Positions 7,740 through 17,286 of a DNA stretch of 32,000 bases are shown piece after piece. The notes under the pieces are model-generated. The model was not told the origin of the DNA, did not search any database, and saw only the letters and a program-made list of their open reading frames with translations. The stretch is from Delftia acidovorans NBRC 14950 (GTDB lineage Bacteria > Pseudomonadota > Gammaproteobacteria > Burkholderiales > Burkholderiaceae_C): NCBI RefSeq assembly GCF_001598795.1, contig NZ_BCZP01000003.1:30001-62000 (forward strand), written 5' to 3'. The position numbers were made by a program, and so were the translations under genes. Each line of letters starts with the position of its first letter. Positions within the stretch are counted from its first letter, which is position 1.

Positions 7740-9425
7740 TCAGCCGTCCTGCCGCAGGCGCGCCAGGGCCGCCTCGAACGGCGGTGTGCCGCGCAGCGCC
7801 TCGGACACCACGCGGCCCTGCTCCACCCACAGCAGCCGGTCGGCCAGTTGCGCCTCCCGCTGCTTGTGGGTGGCCAGCACCAGGGTGCGGCCCCGGGCTG
7901 CACTGTCCAGCCGCACCAGCAGGTCGGCGGCCGTGCGTGCATCCAGGCCCTCGGTCACTTCGTCCAGCAGCCAGCAGCGCGCGGGGCTCAGCAGCAGCCG
8001 CGCCAGCGCCAGGCGCCGTGCCTGGCCGCCGGACAGGCCCAGCCCGCCCTCGCCCAGCCGCGTGTCCAGGCCCTGCGCCATGGCCCGCACATCGCCGGCC
8101 AGCCCGGCGACTTCCAGCGCCGCCCACAGCGTGTCCTCGGCGGCCTCGGGGCAGGCCAGCAAAAGGTTGTCGCGCAGGCTGTCCTCGAACAGTTCGGTGC
8201 GCTGCGTCATCCAGGTGCAGCGCCGGGCACGCACGGCGCCGGCCAACGGCTGGAGCTCGCCGGCCATCAGGGACAGCAGCGTGGTCTTGCCCGCGCCGCT
8301 GGCGCCCAGCAGGGCGACACGTTCGCCTTCGGCGATACGGATGTCCTGGGCCAGCACGGCGGCACGGGGTGCCACGACCTGCTCCAGCTCAACCGCCAAG
8401 CCCTGCCTGGGCGCCGCCGGTTCGCAGGCGCCTTGCGCAGCGCCATCGCGCAGGGCGGGCGCCAGCCGGCGCGCGGCCAGCCAGCTGCGGCCGGCCTCCA
8501 GCGCGCCACGGCGCAATGCGGCAAAGGGCTCCATGGCCGTCAGCGCCAGCAGCAGGGCCAGCGCGGCCACGGGGGCACCCAGCAGGCCGGCCTCGGCCAG
8601 CCAGCCCACGCCCAGCAGCACACCGGCCAGGGCCAGGGCGCCGCACAGGCCTTGCACGAAGGAGGTTCGGGCCTCCAGGCCGTGGAGCTCGGCGTCGGCC
8701 TCGGCCACGCGGGCGTCCAGGGCGGCAATGCGTTCGCAATGCGCGGCCAGGGTGCCGGCCATGGCCAGCTCCGCCTGCCCGGCTACCAGGTCGGCCGTGC
8801 GGGCGCGCAGGGACTCCAGCGCCAGCGCGCGGCGCACGGCGGGCCGGCGCGCACTGCGCGCCAGCCACAGGGCGCTGCCCAGGCCCGTGGCCAGCAGCCA
8901 CGCAACCAAGGCCATGCCCAGCCACCAGCGCATCAGGCCCAGCGCCAGGGCGGCCATCAGCGTGGCACCCGTGGCGGCCAGCAAGGGCACGAACAGGCGC
9001 AGGTACAGGCTGTCCAGCGCGTCCACGTCGGCCGTCAGCCGCTGCAGCAGGCGCACGGGCCGCAGGCGCAGGCTCAGGGCGGCGGCGGGCGTGGCCCAGT
9101 TGCGCAGCAGCCGCTCGCGCAGGGCGGCCAGCACGGCCAGGGTGGCGTCATGGGTGACCAGCCGTTCGGCATAGCGCGTGCCCGTGCGGCCCAGGGCCAG
9201 CAGGCGGATGCCGGCCGAAGGCATGAACACATCGAAGACGATGGCCGTGGCCGGCAGCAGCCCGGCCAGCGCCGTGGCCGTGATGAACCAGCCCGACAGG
9301 CCCAGCAGCGCCATGCCCATGAGCACCGTGAGCAGGGCCAGCAGCGCGCCGCCCAGCCACAGGCGCCGGGGCGCCATGCGCGCCAGGGCGGCCAGCACGG
9401 GCCGGAGGGTGGAGCGGGGCTTCAT
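7740..9425 (-). CDS. cydC: Thiol reductant (cysteine/glutathione) ABC exporter subunit CydC
   Basis: Track ORF, 561 aa. Six-helix TMD followed by an ABC NBD (Walker A GASGAGKTT, signature LSGGQARRLALAR, Walker B LLDE). Its start overlaps the cydD stop (ATGA at 9425-9422). Confidence 0.88.
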   Translation of the reverse strand: MKPRSTLRPVLAALARMAPRRLWLGGALLALLTVLMGMALLGLSGWFITATALAGLLPATAIVFDVFMPSAGIRLLALGRTGTRYAERLVTHDATLAVLAALRERLLRNWATPAAALSLRLRPVRLLQRLTADVDALDSLYLRLFVPLLAATGATLMAALALGLMRWWLGMALVAWLLATGLGSALWLARSARRPAVRRALALESLRARTADLVAGQAELAMAGTLAAHCERIAALDARVAEADAELHGLEARTSFVQGLCGALALAGVLLGVGWLAEAGLLGAPVAALALLLALTAMEPFAALRRGALEAGRSWLAARRLAPALRDGAAQGACEPAAPRQGLAVELEQVVAPRAAVLAQDIRIAEGERVALLGASGAGKTTLLSLMAGELQPLAGAVRARRCTWMTQRTELFEDSLRDNLLLACPEAAEDTLWAALEVAGLAGDVRAMAQGLDTRLGEGGLGLSGGQARRLALARLLLSPARCWLLDEVTEGLDARTAADLLVRLDSAARGRTLVLATHKQREAQLADRLLWVEQGRVVSEALRGTPPFEAALARLRQDG

Positions 9426-11119
9426 GCGGCCAGCTCCTGTGGGGCGGCATGGCCCGCCAGCTCCACCACGCGGTGCATGGCGGCGGCCAGTTCGGCATCG
9501 TGGGTGGCGACGATCAGCGTGCGACCGCGTGCCAGCTGCAGCAGGGCATCGGTGACCTGGGCGGCCGTGGCCGGGTCCAGGTGGGCCGTGGGTTCATCGA
9601 CCAGCAGCAGGCCTGCATCGCGCGACAAGGCCAGGCGCGCCAGTGCCAGGCGCACGATTTCGCCGCCCGACAGGCCGGCTCCGCCCTCGCCCAGCGTGGC
9701 GCCGGCCCGGGTCTCGGCCAGCTTGCCCAGCCCGGCCAGCCGCAGGGCCTGGCGCAGTTCGCCGAAGGTGAATCCCGGGCGGCCCAGCCGGAGGTTTTCG
9801 GCCACCGAGCCCGCGAACACATGCGGGCTCTGCCCCATCCAGGCCATGCGCGCGCGCAGCCGGCCGGCCGATTCACCGTCGAGCAGCTGGCCATCGATAT
9901 GGATGCGCCCAGGCTCGGCCACCGGCAGCAGGCCGGCAATCTGCGCCAGCAGCAGCGACTTGCCGCTGCCGCTGGGGCTCCACAGCGCCACATGCTCGCC
10001 AGGCCGCACGTCCACCGTGAGCGCCGGCAGCGTGACCGCGCCGCCTGGTGCCTGGGGCCGCACCTGCTCCAGGTGCAGGGCGCAGGCCTGGCCGGCCGCC
10101 CTGCCGGGCGCAGCCAGTGCGCCGGGCAGCGGCTGCGCATCGCGGCCCAGCTCGCCCAGGGCCTGCAGGGCGGCCTCGCCGCTGGCACGGTCGTGCCAGA
10201 CGGCAGACAGCTCACGCAGGGGATCGAAGAAGCTGGGCGCCAGCAGCAGCACGAACAGCGCCTGGCCCAGGCTCAGTGTCTGGCCCCAGCTGCCAAAGGG
10301 CAGATGGCCCAGCAGGTGAAAGCCCACGTAGACGGCCACCATGGCCACGCCCAGGGCCGAGAACAGCTCCAGCACCGCAGAGGACAGAAAGGCGATGCGC
10401 AGCACGCGCATGCTGCGTTCGCGCAGGGATTCGGCATTGGCGCGCAGCCGCTGCGCCGTGGCATCCACCGCGCCCAGGGCGCGCAGGGTGGACAGGCCGC
10501 GCAGGCGGTCGAGCAGGAAGGCGTTCATGCCGCCCAGCTCCACCATCTGCGCCTGGCTGGCCGCCTTGGCGCGCCAGCCGACGATGGCCATGAACAGCGG
10601 GATCAGCGGTGCGGCCACCACCAGGATCAGCGCCACCACCCAGCTCTGGCTGGCCACGGCCAGCGCAATCACCAGCGGCACGGTGCGCACGCGCCACATG
10701 GCGGTCTGGTAGCGCGACAGCCAGGGCACGATGGCCTCGGCCTGCTCGGCCATGGCGCTGGCCGCCTGGCCCGAGGCCGCGCGCTGGCGGTCCAGCGGCG
10801 AGGTGCCCGCCAGCGTGCGCAGCACCTGCATTCGCAGCGCGCTCACCAGGCTGCGCGCCTGCAGATTGGCGCGGCGCGTGCCGCTGGCATCGCACCAGGC
10901 GCGCAACCCGCCCAGCAGTGCCACGCCGGCCGCAAGCTGCCACAGTGGCCACAGCGGCTCCCTGCCTGCGCCATCGGCCATGGACTGCGCGGCCAGCGCC
11001 AGCAGCGCCGCCTGCGGCAGCCACAGCAGCGAGGCCAGCACCAGGCGCCCCGTACCCGCCATCGGACGACGCGCCAGCTGGTGGAACTCAGGCAATGACG
11101 GGGTACAAGGTTTGTTCAT
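9422..11119 (-). CDS. cydD: Thiol reductant ABC exporter subunit CydD
   Basis: Track ORF, 565 aa. Collinear with E. coli CydD as I recall it (APLIPLFMA.VG, FLLDRLRGL.TLR, RIAFLSSAVLELFS, Walker A SPSGSGKS, LSGGE, LLVDEPT). Confidence 0.88.
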   Translation of the reverse strand: MNKPCTPSLPEFHQLARRPMAGTGRLVLASLLWLPQAALLALAAQSMADGAGREPLWPLWQLAAGVALLGGLRAWCDASGTRRANLQARSLVSALRMQVLRTLAGTSPLDRQRAASGQAASAMAEQAEAIVPWLSRYQTAMWRVRTVPLVIALAVASQSWVVALILVVAAPLIPLFMAIVGWRAKAASQAQMVELGGMNAFLLDRLRGLSTLRALGAVDATAQRLRANAESLRERSMRVLRIAFLSSAVLELFSALGVAMVAVYVGFHLLGHLPFGSWGQTLSLGQALFVLLLAPSFFDPLRELSAVWHDRASGEAALQALGELGRDAQPLPGALAAPGRAAGQACALHLEQVRPQAPGGAVTLPALTVDVRPGEHVALWSPSGSGKSLLLAQIAGLLPVAEPGRIHIDGQLLDGESAGRLRARMAWMGQSPHVFAGSVAENLRLGRPGFTFGELRQALRLAGLGKLAETRAGATLGEGGAGLSGGEIVRLALARLALSRDAGLLLVDEPTAHLDPATAAQVTDALLQLARGRTLIVATHDAELAAAMHRVVELAGHAAPQELAA

Positions 11120-11126
11120 TTATTCT

Positions 11127-11152
11127 GTAATTTCAGTATTTACTGAAATTAC
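11127..11152. promoter_or_regulatory. Perfect AT-rich inverted repeat (operator or 5'-leader hairpin) just upstream of the cydD start codon
   Basis: GTAATTTCAGT-ATTT-ACTGAAATTAC: 11-bp perfect arms with a 4-nt spacer, only 6 of 26 positions G/C. It ends 7 nt before the cydD ATG (11119). A candidate -10 TAGAAT (minus strand, 11165-11160) would place the transcription start at about the outer edge of the repeat. Confidence 0.4.
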
Positions 11153-11285
11153 GCAAAGAATTCTAAACAAACTTGCTCCAGGCAAGTCGCTCGTAGGGGG
11201 AAGCCGAGTGAAGCAGTCAAGCGTGCGCAAGGGGTTTTGCGCAAACAACTTCGAGAACCGGACCCGCACAGCGTGGGTAATACCC

Positions 11286-11312
11286 AAAGAAAACGGCGCC
11301 CGAAGGCGCCGT
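11286..11312 (-). terminator. Rho-independent terminator of the nitronate monooxygenase/acyl-CoA dehydrogenase transcript
   Basis: Minus-strand RNA: ACGGCGCC-UUCG-GGCGCCGU followed by UUUUCUUU. Lies 42 nt after the stop codon at 11354. Confidence 0.78.
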
Positions 11313-11353
11313 CTGGCAGGGTAGGAGAAGAGCCCGTCCTGGGCTCCCCGACC

Positions 11354-12313
11354 TTAGGGGGTGGACAGCAGGCGGTCGCGCGCCTGGTTGTATTCGCGCT
11401 TGAGACGCTCCACCAGCTCGCCCGCACCCGTGACTTCGCGGATGGCGCCAATGCCCTGGCCGCAGCCCCAGATGTCCTTCCAGGCCTTCTTGGCGTCGCC
11501 GCCGAAGTTCATCTTGCTGGGGTCCGACTCGGGCAGGTTGTCGGGGTCCAGGCCTGCCGCACGGATGGACGGCGCCAGGTAGTTGCCGTGCACGCCCGTG
11601 AACAGGTTGCTGTAGACGATGTCGTCGGAGGTGCCGTCCACGATGGCCTGCTTGTAGGCGTCGTGCGCACGCGCCTCATGCGTGGCAATGAAGGCCGAGC
11701 CGATATAGGCGAAGTCCGCTCCCATGGCCTGGGCCGCGAGGATGGCACCGCCCGAGGCGATGGAGCCCGACAGCGCCACGGGGCCGTCGAACCATTCGCG
11801 GATTTCCTGGATCAGCGCGAACGGGCTCTTGACGCCCGCATGGCCGCCCGCGCCCGCCGCCACGGCGATCAGGCCGTCGGCCCCCTTTTCGATGGCCTTG
11901 TGCGCGAACTTGTTGTTGATGATGTCGTGCAGCACCACGCCGCCCCAGCTGTGCACGGCCTGGTTCACGTCCTCGCGCGCACCCAGGCTGGTGATGACGA
12001 TGGGCACCTTGTACTTGGCGCACATCTGCATGTCGTGCTCGAGCCGGTCATTGCTCTTGTGCACGATCTGGTTGATGGCGAACGGCGCCGAGGGCCGGTC
12101 CGGATGGGCCTTGTCCCAGGCGGCCAGGGTCTCGGTGATCTCGGCCAGCCAGTCTTCGAGCTGCTCGGCCGGGCGCGCGTTGAGCGCGGGCATAGAACCC
12201 ACGATGCCGGCCTGGCACTGGGCGATCACGAGCTTGGGGTTGCTGATGATGAACAGCGGCGAGCCGATCACTGGCAGGGCCAGTTTCTTCAGCGCCGGGG
12301 GAAGCTTGGACAT
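11354..12313 (-). CDS. Nitronate monooxygenase (NMO / 2-nitropropane dioxygenase-like) FMN oxidoreductase
   Basis: Track ORF, 319 aa. LPVIGSPLFIISNPKLVIAQCQAGIVGS, GADGLIAVAAGAGGHAG and GADFAYIGSAFIAT are the TIM-barrel NMO family hallmarks. Confidence 0.88.
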   Translation of the reverse strand: MSKLPPALKKLALPVIGSPLFIISNPKLVIAQCQAGIVGSMPALNARPAEQLEDWLAEITETLAAWDKAHPDRPSAPFAINQIVHKSNDRLEHDMQMCAKYKVPIVITSLGAREDVNQAVHSWGGVVLHDIINNKFAHKAIEKGADGLIAVAAGAGGHAGVKSPFALIQEIREWFDGPVALSGSIASGGAILAAQAMGADFAYIGSAFIATHEARAHDAYKQAIVDGTSDDIVYSNLFTGVHGNYLAPSIRAAGLDPDNLPESDPSKMNFGGDAKKAWKDIWGCGQGIGAIREVTGAGELVERLKREYNQARDRLLSTP

Positions 12314-12373
12314 GCGTTGTCTCCGTTGGTTCTCGGTGTCTCTGTCTGCGTTGTGCCGTGCGCAAGCGCCGGG

Positions 12374-14164
12374 TCAGAAGGCGTCCATGGGCAGCGCCAT
12401 CACGCTGTCGCCGCCGTGCACGATGGCATCGCGCAGGCCCGCCGCCTTGACGAGGATGTGCTCGGCATAAAAGCGTGCCGTCGCAATCTTCGCGCGCATG
12501 AAGGCCGCGTCCTGTCCCTTGTGCAACAGTTGCTCGGCCACCAGCAGGGCGCGGCCCATCTGCCAGCCTGCGACGAGGTTGCCCGCCAGCATCAGGTAGG
12601 GAACGCTGCCGGCGTACACGGCATTGGGCTCGGCCTTGGCCTGGCCCGAGACAAAGTGCACCGCCTCCACGAAGGCCTGGCGCGCAGCGGCCAGCTGGCG
12701 GGCCACGGCCAGTGCCTCGGGCGTGCCGCTGGCGGCCAGTTCGGCCTCGGTCTTCTCGATCTGGCCCGCAATGGCCAGCGCGGTCTGGCCGCCATCGCGC
12801 GCCGTCTTGCGGCCCACCAGGTCATTGGCCTGGATGGCGGTCGTGCCTTCGTAGATGGTCAGGATCTTGGCGTCGCGGTAGTACTGGGCGGCGCCCGTCT
12901 CCTCGATGAAGCCCATGCCGCCGTGCACCTGCACGCCCAGGCTGGTGACTTCCAGGCTCATCTCGGTGCTGTAGCCCTTGACCAGGGGCACCATGAATTC
13001 ATAGAAGGCCGCATTGGCCTCGCGCACCTGGGCGTCGGCATGGTGATGGGATGCGTCGTAGGCCGCGGCGGCCGTGGCCGCCATGGCGCGGCAGCCCTCG
13101 GTGTAGGCACGCATGGTCATGAGCATGCGGCGCACATCGGGGTGGTGGATGATGGTGGCGCTGGCCTTGACGCTGCCGTCCACGGGACGGCTTTGCACGC
13201 GCTCGCGGGCATAGGCCACGGCGTGCTGGTAGGCGCGCTCGGCCACGGCAATGCCCTGCACGCCCACGGCGTAGCGGGCCGCGTTCATCATGATGAACAT
13301 GTATTCGAGGCCGCGGTTCTCCTCGCCCACCAGGTAACCGATGGCCCCGCCGTTGTCGCCGTACTGCAGCACGGCCGTGGGCGAGGCCTTGATCCCCATC
13401 TTGTGCTCGATGCTCACGCAGTGCACATCGTTGCGCGCGCCCAGCGAGCCATCCTTGTTGACCAGGAACTTGGGCACCACGAACAGGCTGATGCCCTTGA
13501 CGCCCTCGGGCGCCCCGGCCACGCGGGCCAGCACCAGATGGACGATGTTCTCGGCCATGTCGTGCTCGCCATAGGTGATGAAGATCTTTGTGCCGAAGAC
13601 CTTGTAGCTGCCGTCGGGCTGCGGATCGGCCTTGGTGCGCACCAGGGCCAGGTCGGAGCCGGCCTGGGGCTCGGTCAGGTTCATGGTGCCGGTCCACTCG
13701 CCGGTCACCAGCTTCTCGAGATAGGTGGCCTTGAGCTCATCGCTGCCCGCCGTCAGCAGGGCCTCGATGGCGCCGTCGGTCAGCAGCGGGCACAAAGCAA
13801 AGCTCAGGTTGGCGCTGTTGAGCATTTCCACACAGGCCGCGCCAATCGTCTTGGGCAGGCCCTGGCCGCCAAAATCCTGCGGATGCTGCAGCCCCTGCCA
13901 GCCGCCTTCGGCGTACTGGCGAAAGGCCTGCTTGAAGCCCGCCGTGGTGGTGACCACGCCGTCCTTGAGGCTGGAAGGCGCCACGTCGCCCGGCAGGTTC
14001 AGAGGTGCCACCACGCCTTCGCACAGCTTGGCGCATTCCTCCAGCACGGCCTGGGCCGTCTCCAGGCCAGCCTCCTCGAAACCGGGCAACTGCGCCACCT
14101 GGTCGATCTGCGCCAGATGCTCCATGGCGAACAGCATGTCTTTGAGGGGAGCCGAGTAAGTCAT
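12374..14164 (-). CDS. Large acyl-CoA dehydrogenase (FadE-like, about 596 aa, with extra C-terminal domain)
   Basis: Track ORF. Contains [59 protein letters not shown], which are acyl-CoA dehydrogenase middle and C-terminal domain signatures. AGGAAGG Shine-Dalgarno sequence upstream. Confidence 0.9.
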   Translation of the reverse strand: MTYSAPLKDMLFAMEHLAQIDQVAQLPGFEEAGLETAQAVLEECAKLCEGVVAPLNLPGDVAPSSLKDGVVTTTAGFKQAFRQYAEGGWQGLQHPQDFGGQGLPKTIGAACVEMLNSANLSFALCPLLTDGAIEALLTAGSDELKATYLEKLVTGEWTGTMNLTEPQAGSDLALVRTKADPQPDGSYKVFGTKIFITYGEHDMAENIVHLVLARVAGAPEGVKGISLFVVPKFLVNKDGSLGARNDVHCVSIEHKMGIKASPTAVLQYGDNGGAIGYLVGEENRGLEYMFIMMNAARYAVGVQGIAVAERAYQHAVAYARERVQSRPVDGSVKASATIIHHPDVRRMLMTMRAYTEGCRAMAATAAAAYDASHHHADAQVREANAAFYEFMVPLVKGYSTEMSLEVTSLGVQVHGGMGFIEETGAAQYYRDAKILTIYEGTTAIQANDLVGRKTARDGGQTALAIAGQIEKTEAELAASGTPEALAVARQLAAARQAFVEAVHFVSGQAKAEPNAVYAGSVPYLMLAGNLVAGWQMGRALLVAEQLLHKGQDAAFMRAKIATARFYAEHILVKAAGLRDAIVHGGDSVMALPMDAF

Positions 14165-14261
14165 TGTTGAACCTTCCTGAACAGAGCCTGGACCGCCGGC
14201 GCGCAGCGCGCGGCGACCTGGGACAGCGGGCGCGCCGCCACGGCACTACTGCATTGCTGCG

Positions 14262-15404
14262 TTATTGCGTGACGCGGCCCGATGCGTTGACGATGGACAA
14301 ATCCACGAATTTCGAGCCCGCCTGCGAGCCCGGACGATAGGTAACCCAGTAGCCGCCCAGATCGAAGGCGTCCAGGCCGCGCAGCGAAGCGGCCAGCTTG
14401 TCGCGCGTCAGCGGCTGGGTGCGGCGCATGGCCTCCACGATGACGCGGGCGTTCACATAGCCTTCCATCATGGCGTAGCTGACCGGCACGGTCAGCGACT
14501 TGCCTGCGGCGGTGGCCGCGTCCCTGAACTCCTTGTTCAGGCGCATGGTCACCTTGTAGGGACTGGGCACGACCTGGGCAATGGACAGGCCGCTCATGAA
14601 CTCCACGGGCAGGCGCTTGGCCAGTTGCTCGATATCGGCTTCGGACGTCGCGTAGATCTGGGCCGTGCCACCCGCCATGCGGTACGCCTCGACAAAGGCC
14701 GAGGTCACGGGGCTGGAGGCCACCACCATCACGGCCTGCGCCGAAGGCTGGGCCTTTTGCAACTGGGACACGGCCTTGTCCATGGCACCCTTGCCCGTGC
14801 TCAGCGAGGCGCTGACCACCAGCTTGGCCTTGGAAGGCGCAATCGCCTTGTCCACGAGTTCCGCCACGGCCTTGGCATCCGGGCGTTCGTCATGCAGCAG
14901 GGCCAGGCGCGTGATGCCCACGGTGGCCAGGTGCGATGCGATCTTGGCCATTTCCTCGGGCAGGTTGGCGCGCGTGCTGAAGATCTGGGGATTGCTCAGC
15001 ACCCGCGTGTCCGTGCTCTGGTAGCCCACGAGGGAGATCTGCGACTGGTCGAGCAGCTTGCTGTCCAGCAGCGCCGCCATGTTGCGGTTGCCGAAGTAGC
15101 CGGCCAGCACCACGGGTTTGGACTCGTCCAGCAGCTTGCGGGTCTTGTCCACGGTTTCCTCGGGGTGGCCCACATCGTCCACGGTGACCAGTTGCACGGG
15201 CTGACCCTGCACGCCGCCGGCCTTGTTGATCTGGTCGAAGTACAGGCGCATGCCCTGGGCATAGGCACGGCCCTGCGTCGCACCGGCTCCCGACATGGGT
15301 GCCACCTGCCCCACCACCCAGGCATTGGCCTCGGCGGCCAGCGCCATGGCGCCACAGACAAAGGCCACGGCCGTGCGGGCCAGGCGCAAGCGCATCATCT
15401 TCAT
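14262..15404 (-). CDS. ABC transporter periplasmic substrate-binding protein, LivK/branched-chain amino acid type (orphan)
   Basis: Track ORF, 380 aa. Signal peptide MKMMRLRLARTAVAFVCGAMALAAEA, then VGQVAPMSGAGATQGRAYAQGMRLYFDQINKAGGVQG, typical of the type I PBP (Leu/Ile/Val-binding) family. GAGGGAGA Shine-Dalgarno sequence upstream. No permease or ATPase gene adjacent. Confidence 0.85.
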   Translation of the reverse strand: MKMMRLRLARTAVAFVCGAMALAAEANAWVVGQVAPMSGAGATQGRAYAQGMRLYFDQINKAGGVQGQPVQLVTVDDVGHPEETVDKTRKLLDESKPVVLAGYFGNRNMAALLDSKLLDQSQISLVGYQSTDTRVLSNPQIFSTRANLPEEMAKIASHLATVGITRLALLHDERPDAKAVAELVDKAIAPSKAKLVVSASLSTGKGAMDKAVSQLQKAQPSAQAVMVVASSPVTSAFVEAYRMAGGTAQIYATSEADIEQLAKRLPVEFMSGLSIAQVVPSPYKVTMRLNKEFRDAATAAGKSLTVPVSYAMMEGYVNARVIVEAMRRTQPLTRDKLAASLRGLDAFDLGGYWVTYRPGSQAGSKFVDLSIVNASGRVTQ

Positions 15405-15516
15405 TTCAATCTCCCTCTCGGTTCATGCCATCGCCAGCACCGGCTGGCGGCCAAGTCCGTTGTTGTAGTCGGTGGTGCGCGCCGTGACCAGCGGACCATC
15501 CCGGAATCCATGACGG

Positions 15517-15545
15517 AAAAAGAGGGGCCTATGCCCCTCATTTTT
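15517..15545. terminator. Rho-independent terminator after etfA (bidirectional shape)
   Basis: AAAAA-GAGGGGC-CTAT-GCCCCTC-ATTTTT. On the minus strand the stem is followed directly by TTTTT. Lies 14 nt after the etfA stop. Confidence 0.75.
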
Positions 15546-15558
15546 CAGCTTCAGCCGC

Positions 15559-16491
15559 TTACAGCGCCTGCACCAGTTCCGGCACGGCCTGGAACAGGTC
15601 GGCCTCCAGGCCGTAGTCGGCCACCGAGAAGATCGGTGCCTCGGGGTCCTTGTTGATCGCCACGATCACCTTGGAGTCCTTCATGCCGGCCAAATGCTGG
15701 ATGGCGCCCGAGATGCCCAGGGCGATGTACAGCTGCGGCGCCACGATCTTGCCGGTCTGGCCGACCTGCAGGTCGTTGGGCGCATAGCCCGCATCCACCG
15801 CAGCGCGCGAAGCGCCGATGGCGGCACCCAGCTTGTCGGCCAGGGGGGTGATGACTTCCTGGAACTTCTCGCTGCTGCCCAGCGCGCGACCGCCGGAGAC
15901 GATGATCTTGGCAGCCGTCAGTTCCGGGCGGTCGTTCTTGGTGACCTCGCGGCCCACGAAGCTGCTCTTGCCGTTGTCGCCAGCGGCTGCCAGCTGCTCC
16001 ACCTGGGCGCTGCCGCCCGTGGTGGCCGCTGCGTCAAAGCCCGTGCCGCGCACGGTGATGACCTTGATCTTGTCGCTGCTTTGCACCGTGGCAATGGCGT
16101 TGCCGGCGTAGATGGGGCGCTCGAAGGTGTCGGCGCTGTCCACCTTGGTGATGTCGCTGATCTGGGCCACGTCCAGCTTGGCGGCCACGCGCGGCGCAGC
16201 GTTCTTGCCGCTGGCGGTGGCAGGGAACAGGATGTGGCTGTAGTTCGAAGCAATTGCCAGCACTTGCGCTGCGATGTTCTCGGCCAGGCCGTCCTTCAGG
16301 CTGGCGCCATCGGCGTGGATGACCTTGGACACGCCAGCGATCTGGGCCGCGGCCTGCGCAGCGGCGCTGGCATTCTCGCCCGCCACCAGCACATGCACGT
16401 CGCCGCCGCAGGCCAGGGCCGCAGTGACGGTGTTGAGCGTGGCGCTCTTGATGGAAGCGTTGTCGTGTTCTGCAATAACGAGGGATGTCAT
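15559..16491 (-). CDS. etfA: Electron transfer flavoprotein subunit alpha
   Basis: Track ORF, 310 aa. [12 protein letters not shown]-terminus and C-terminal FAD-binding block [15 protein letters not shown]...[45 protein letters not shown] are canonical EtfA. Confidence 0.95.
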   Translation of the reverse strand: MTSLVIAEHDNASIKSATLNTVTAALACGGDVHVLVAGENASAAAQAAAQIAGVSKVIHADGASLKDGLAENIAAQVLAIASNYSHILFPATASGKNAAPRVAAKLDVAQISDITKVDSADTFERPIYAGNAIATVQSSDKIKVITVRGTGFDAAATTGGSAQVEQLAAAGDNGKSSFVGREVTKNDRPELTAAKIIVSGGRALGSSEKFQEVITPLADKLGAAIGASRAAVDAGYAPNDLQVGQTGKIVAPQLYIALGISGAIQHLAGMKDSKVIVAINKDPEAPIFSVADYGLEADLFQAVPELVQAL

Positions 16492-16504
16492 GTCGCTGTC
16501 TTCC

Positions 16505-17254
16505 TTAGATCACTTTGGCTTCGTTCTTGAGCTTGGACACCAGCGTGGCAACGTCCGGCACCTTGACACCGGCACCGCGCTTGGCGGGCTCGGCCACCTT
16601 GAGCGTCTTCAGGCGCGGGGCCACATCGACGCCCAGCTCTTCAGGCTTGACGGTGTCCAGCTGCTTTTTCTTGGCCTTCATGATGTTGGGCAGCGTGACG
16701 TAGCGCGGCTCGTTCAGGCGCAGGTCGGTGGTGATGACGGCCGGCAGGCTCAGGGCTAGGGTTTCCAGGCCGCCGTCCACTTCACGGGTCACGTTGACCT
16801 TGTCGCCAGCGACTTCGACCTTGGAGGCGAAGGTGGCCTGGGGCAGGTCGGCCAGGGCCGCCAGCATCTGGCCGGTCTGGTTGGCGTCGTCGTCGATGGC
16901 CTGCTTGCCCAGGATGATCAGGCCGGGTTGTTCCTTGTCCACCAGCGCCTTGAGCAGCTTGGCGACGGCCAGGGGCTGCAGCTCCTCGGTGGTCTCCACC
17001 AGGATGCCGCGGTCGGCACCGATGGCCATGGCCGTGCGCAGGGTTTCCTGGCACTGGGCCACGCCGCAGGAGACGGCGATGACTTCGGTGGCCACGCCCT
17101 TTTCCTTGAGGCGAACGGCTTCTTCGACGGCGATTTCGTCAAAGGGGTTCATGCTCATCTTGACGTTGGCGATGTCCACGCCCGTGCCGTCCGACTTCAC
17201 GCGGACCTTCACGTTGTAGTCCACCACGCGCTTGACCGGGACCAAAACCTTCAT
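16505..17254 (-). CDS. etfB: Electron transfer flavoprotein subunit beta
   Basis: Inside track ORF 16505..17362. Start at [20 protein letters not shown] (ATG 17254), with GGAGCC 7 nt upstream. 249 aa, canonical EtfB length and N-terminus. Confidence 0.95.
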   Translation of the reverse strand: MKVLVPVKRVVDYNVKVRVKSDGTGVDIANVKMSMNPFDEIAVEEAVRLKEKGVATEVIAVSCGVAQCQETLRTAMAIGADRGILVETTEELQPLAVAKLLKALVDKEQPGLIILGKQAIDDDANQTGQMLAALADLPQATFASKVEVAGDKVNVTREVDGGLETLALSLPAVITTDLRLNEPRYVTLPNIMKAKKKQLDTVKPEELGVDVAPRLKTLKVAEPAKRGAGVKVPDVATLVSKLKNEAKVI

Positions 17255-17286
17255 TGCAGCGGCTCCTGATTGATTGATAGATTGAC

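Noticed and set aside
11120-11290. Searched the cyd upstream region for FNR/ANR (TTGAT-N4-ATCAA), Rex (TTGTGAA-N4-TTCACAA) and CRP-like boxes. The closest is TTGAC-TGCT-TCACT on the minus strand (11206-11219).
   Set aside because: The right half-site does not match any of these consensus sequences, and the 11-4-11 palindrome shares only its geometry with Rex operators. No known-regulator call is made.
11237-14170. Very long ORFs on the strand opposite to recognisable genes: 977 aa at 11237-14170 (+), 823 aa at 7848-10319 (+), 775 aa at 22314-24641 (-), 544 aa at 264-1898 (+), 531 aa at 6081-7676 (+), 463 aa at 14265-15656 (+), and 496/477 aa at 7684-9174 (+).
   Set aside because: These are typical shadow ORFs of high-GC DNA. 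Their translations are monotonous (G/A/R/H/Q/L/P-rich) with no recognisable motifs. The opposite strand at each location encodes a protein with clear family signatures (CydA/C/D, acyl-CoA dehydrogenase, TgpA and others).
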